The notes beneath the pieces were generated by a model, which was not told the DNA's origin, searched no databases, and was given only the letters and a program-made list of their open reading frames with translations. From NCBI GenBank assembly GCA_031997345.1, contig DAMAEI010000028.1, positions 1 through 39,634 of the forward strand: a DNA stretch of 39,634 nt, written 5' to 3'. The stretch is from Sedimentibacter sp. (GTDB lineage: Bacteria > Bacillota > Clostridia > Tissierellales > Sedimentibacteraceae). The position numbers and the translations under genes are program-made. Shown here piece by piece: positions 37,055 to 39,634 of the stretch (position 1 is its first letter; every line of letters begins with the position of its first letter).

Positions 37055-37070
37055 GTTAGCATTCGCTAAC
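37055..37070. promoter_or_regulatory. Palindromic site upstream of the ABC genes (DtxR/MntR-like TTAG-n6-CTAA box candidate)
   Basis: GTTAGC-ATTC-GCTAAC, 26 nt upstream of the ABC start. Confidence 0.4.
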
Positions 37071-37096
37071 CAAATACATTATTAGGAGGAAACAAA

Positions 37097-38682
37097 ATGA
37101 ATCAAGATTCAAGGGGAACAGTATCGTGGCTGTGGGAATTTGCTTCACCCCACAAAGGAGGTTATATTGCCTCGCTCACATTTGCTACATTAGGTGTTGC
37201 ATGCGGAATGGTGCCTTATTTCTGCGTGGCGCAAATTGTGCTGGCGCTGCTGAGGGGCGAGACGGCCATAGGATTTTACGGGCTTTACTGCGCTGCTGCC
37301 GCGGGCTTTTGGGTGCTGCGTTATCTGTTCCACGGGATTTCCACAACCCTTTCTCATAAATCTACATTTGCAGTAATATCAGAGGTTCGGCTGAAGCTGA
37401 CGGAAAAACTCACCCGACTTCCCATGGGCTACCTGCTGGACACACCGTCGGGAAGGCTGAAAAATATACTGGTGGAGCGTGCGGACAGCATAGAGCCTGC
37501 GCTTGCTCACGTTGTACCTGAAATGGGAAGCAATGTCTTGGTATCCGCTGCAACCATGGCATATCTTTTCGCGCTGGACTGGCGAATGGCGTTGGCTGCT
37601 CTTGCACCGCTTCCCCTTGGCATAATATGCTACATGGGCATGATGGGAAGCTATGAAAAGCGCTTTGCCAACTATGTTGATAAAAATAAGCACCTTAACG
37701 ATATTGCGGTAGAATACATAGGAGGCATCGAGGTTATAAAGGCATTCAACCAATCGGCTTCCTCATATGAAAAATTCACAACTGACGCAAGGGAGGCGGC
37801 TGATTCTGCCATAGACTGGATGCACTCCACACTTCCCTTTTTCTCTACGGCCATGTCTGTATTTCCTGCTGTGCTGGTAAGCGTACTGCCCATAGGAACC
37901 ATGCTGTACATGAGGGGCAGCCTGCCTATGGATACATTCCTTGTATCAATTATTCTGTCTCTCGGAGTTATGGGACCGCTCATAACTACCATGAGCTATA
38001 CTGATGATATAGGCAAGGTTCATACAATTGTAAGTGAAGTAACAAGCGTGCTCACACAGCCTGACCTTAAGCGCCCGACTGCTTTGGCAAAAGTGGACGG
38101 CTATGACATCAGTTTTGAAAATGTAAGCTTTGCTTACCATGAAAAGACAGTGCTGAACGGAATCAATCTCAAAATCGCCGCAGGCGGTGTCACTGCGCTG
38201 GTTGGACCCTCAGGCGGAGGAAAATCCACCATTGCAAAGCTTATTGCATCCTTGTGGGACGCAGGCAGCGGCAGCATAACCATAGGCGGAACAAACGTAC
38301 AGGACATTCCGCTTTCTCAGCTGAACAGCATGGTGGCATACGTTGCTCAGGACAATTACCTGTTTGATGAAAGCATACGTGAAAATATCCGCATGGGCAA
38401 ACCATCCGCAAGCGATGAGGAGGTGGAGCAGGCAGCCCGTCAGAGCGGGTGCCACGACTTTATTATGCAGCTTGAACATGGATACGAAACAGGCGCAGGA
38501 GGTGCAGGCGGCCATCTCTCCGGAGGCGAGCGTCAGCGCATAACCATTGCCCGGGCCATGCTCAAGGATGCACCGATTATAATTCTTGACGAGCGCTTTA
38601 TAAAAACATGTGGGACGCTCACAGGTCAGCTAAGGACAGCATAGATACAATGACGACAAAAGCTCAGGAGGTGCTTTCATGA
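37097..38682 (+). pseudogene. ABC transporter permease/ATPase half (IrtA/YbtP-like) with internal deletion after Walker B
   Basis: TMD, GPSGGGKST, LSGGERQR and IILDE are followed immediately by a shifted frame. The expected tail LYKNMWDAHRSAKD...EVLS* lies in another frame ending at 38682. D-loop and H-switch are missing. Confidence 0.8.
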
Positions 38683-39634
38683 TTGGCATATTTAAAAAAT
38701 TCTTTCACTTCTGCGGTGAACAGAGCCGCCTGTTTTATCAGTCTCTGGGGCTTTCACTGGTGCATGCACTGTTTGAGGCGCTGCGCATTCCGGCAATAGC
38801 CATCGTGCTTGAGGCTCTCATACGCGGAAATGACAGCATGCAGACTGTTTGGGCTTCACTTGGAGTAATGCTCGTAAGCATTGCAGGCTGCACTGTTACC
38901 CGACGTAGCTATGCCATGAAGCAAACCGTCGGCGGATACACAGTGGCCGCCAACAAGCGCGTGGAAATAGGAGAGCGCCTGAAATACATGCCCATGGGCT
39001 ATTTCAACGACAACAGCATAGGTGACATCACTTCTATTACAACAAACACTGCCGAAAACCTGCAGGATGTTGCCACAAGAGTGATTATGCTTACCACTCA
39101 GGGAATTCTGACCACCGCTATGTTCACTCTTGCAATTTTGTTCTACGACTGGCGCATAGGACTGCTGCTCATGCTGGGGATTGCAGCATTCTTCGGCATC
39201 AATGCTCTTATGCAGAAAAAATCCCACGAGATTTCTCCCTTGAAAACTGAGTCTGATACACGACTGGTGGCATCTGTCCTGGAGTATGTGCAGGGTATCG
39301 GAGTAGTGCGCTCCTACAACCTTGACAAAGAGGCAAACAAAACAGTGGACCTTGCCATCAGGGAAAATGAGGAAATTAACGTTGGTCTGGAAAAAGCTTT
39401 TGTGCCGTACACCTGCCTTCAGAGTTTAGTTCTCAAGCTGTTTGGCATCGCAATGATTTTCCTTTCGGTAACACTTTATATAAACGGGACCATGGAGCTC
39501 ATAAGCTGCCTTCTGCTTGTTATTTCATCATTTATGGTGTATGGTCAGCTGGAATCCGCTGGCAATTTCAGTGCACTCTTGAGGGTATTGGATCTCTCCA
39601 TGGACAAAATAAACAAGGTGTTTGAAACTCCGGT
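38679..39634 (+). CDS. Second ABC transporter permease/ATPase half (partial, runs off window)
   Basis: GGAGGTG RBS and ATG 38679: MIGIFKKFFHFCGEQ...KRVEIGERLKYMPMGYFNDNSIGDI...LEYVQGIGVVRSYN. Appears open to the window end. Confidence 0.85.
   Translation, partial: MIGIFKKFFHFCGEQSRLFYQSLGLSLVHALFEALRIPAIAIVLEALIRGNDSMQTVWASLGVMLVSIAGCTVTRRSYAMKQTVGGYTVAANKRVEIGERLKYMPMGYFNDNSIGDITSITTNTAENLQDVATRVIMLTTQGILTTAMFTLAILFYDWRIGLLLMLGIAAFFGINALMQKKSHEISPLKTESDTRLVASVLEYVQGIGVVRSYNLDKEANKTVDLAIRENEEINVGLEKAFVPYTCLQSLVLKLFGIAMIFLSVTLYINGTMELISCLLLVISSFMVYGQLESAGNFSALLRVLDLSMDKINKVFETP

Noticed and set aside
36449..39227. Overlapping alternative-frame and antisense ORFs in the tetR/ABC region
   Set aside because: By-products of higher GC within clear TetR and ABC genes.
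1..39634. CRISPR array, tRNA or rRNA genes
   Set aside because: No regularly spaced repeats or RNA-gene signatures seen by eye. The Cas4-like Cys pattern in the 894-aa protein has no cas context.

Overview
Window from a low-GC Firmicute (Clostridia-like RBS and gene families). The left ~26.5 kb is an AT-rich defence island transcribed almost entirely on the minus strand. Its order is XRE regulator, dndC-dndD-dndE-dndA(iscS) DNA phosphorothioation module, NERD-nuclease/UvrD helicase, AddB-like Fe-S protein, SNF2 helicase, RecQ-like helicase, 266-aa protein, ~1050-aa P-loop ATPase, 217-aa protein, broken SAM-methyltransferase/HNH pair, and a DUF262/HNH (GmrSD/SspE-like) nuclease. A second, Zn-finger-bearing PAPS-reductase-family gene is divergent from the XRE gene. 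The five genes from the SNF2 helicase to the 217-aa protein match dpdE-F-G-H-I of the 7-deazaguanine (Dpd) system in order, approximate size and motifs. No dpdABC, que/fol, dndB, dndFGH or pbeABCD genes are visible. The best candidate for a new system is therefore a hybrid in which PT modification (DndCDEA) is coupled to a DpdEFGHI-like restriction module plus an AddAB-like helicase-nuclease pair. The right ~13 kb is a decaying accessory region. It holds an IS4-family element inserted in a terminator loop with an internally inverted transposase, DUF2922/DUF1659, two degenerate LytTR regulators, SLH, ddpX and yfcC remnants, a methyltransferase/kinase pair, AraC, and a TetR-regulated heterodimeric ABC transporter whose first subunit has an internal deletion. 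Family assignments come from motif recognition only; no searches were run.
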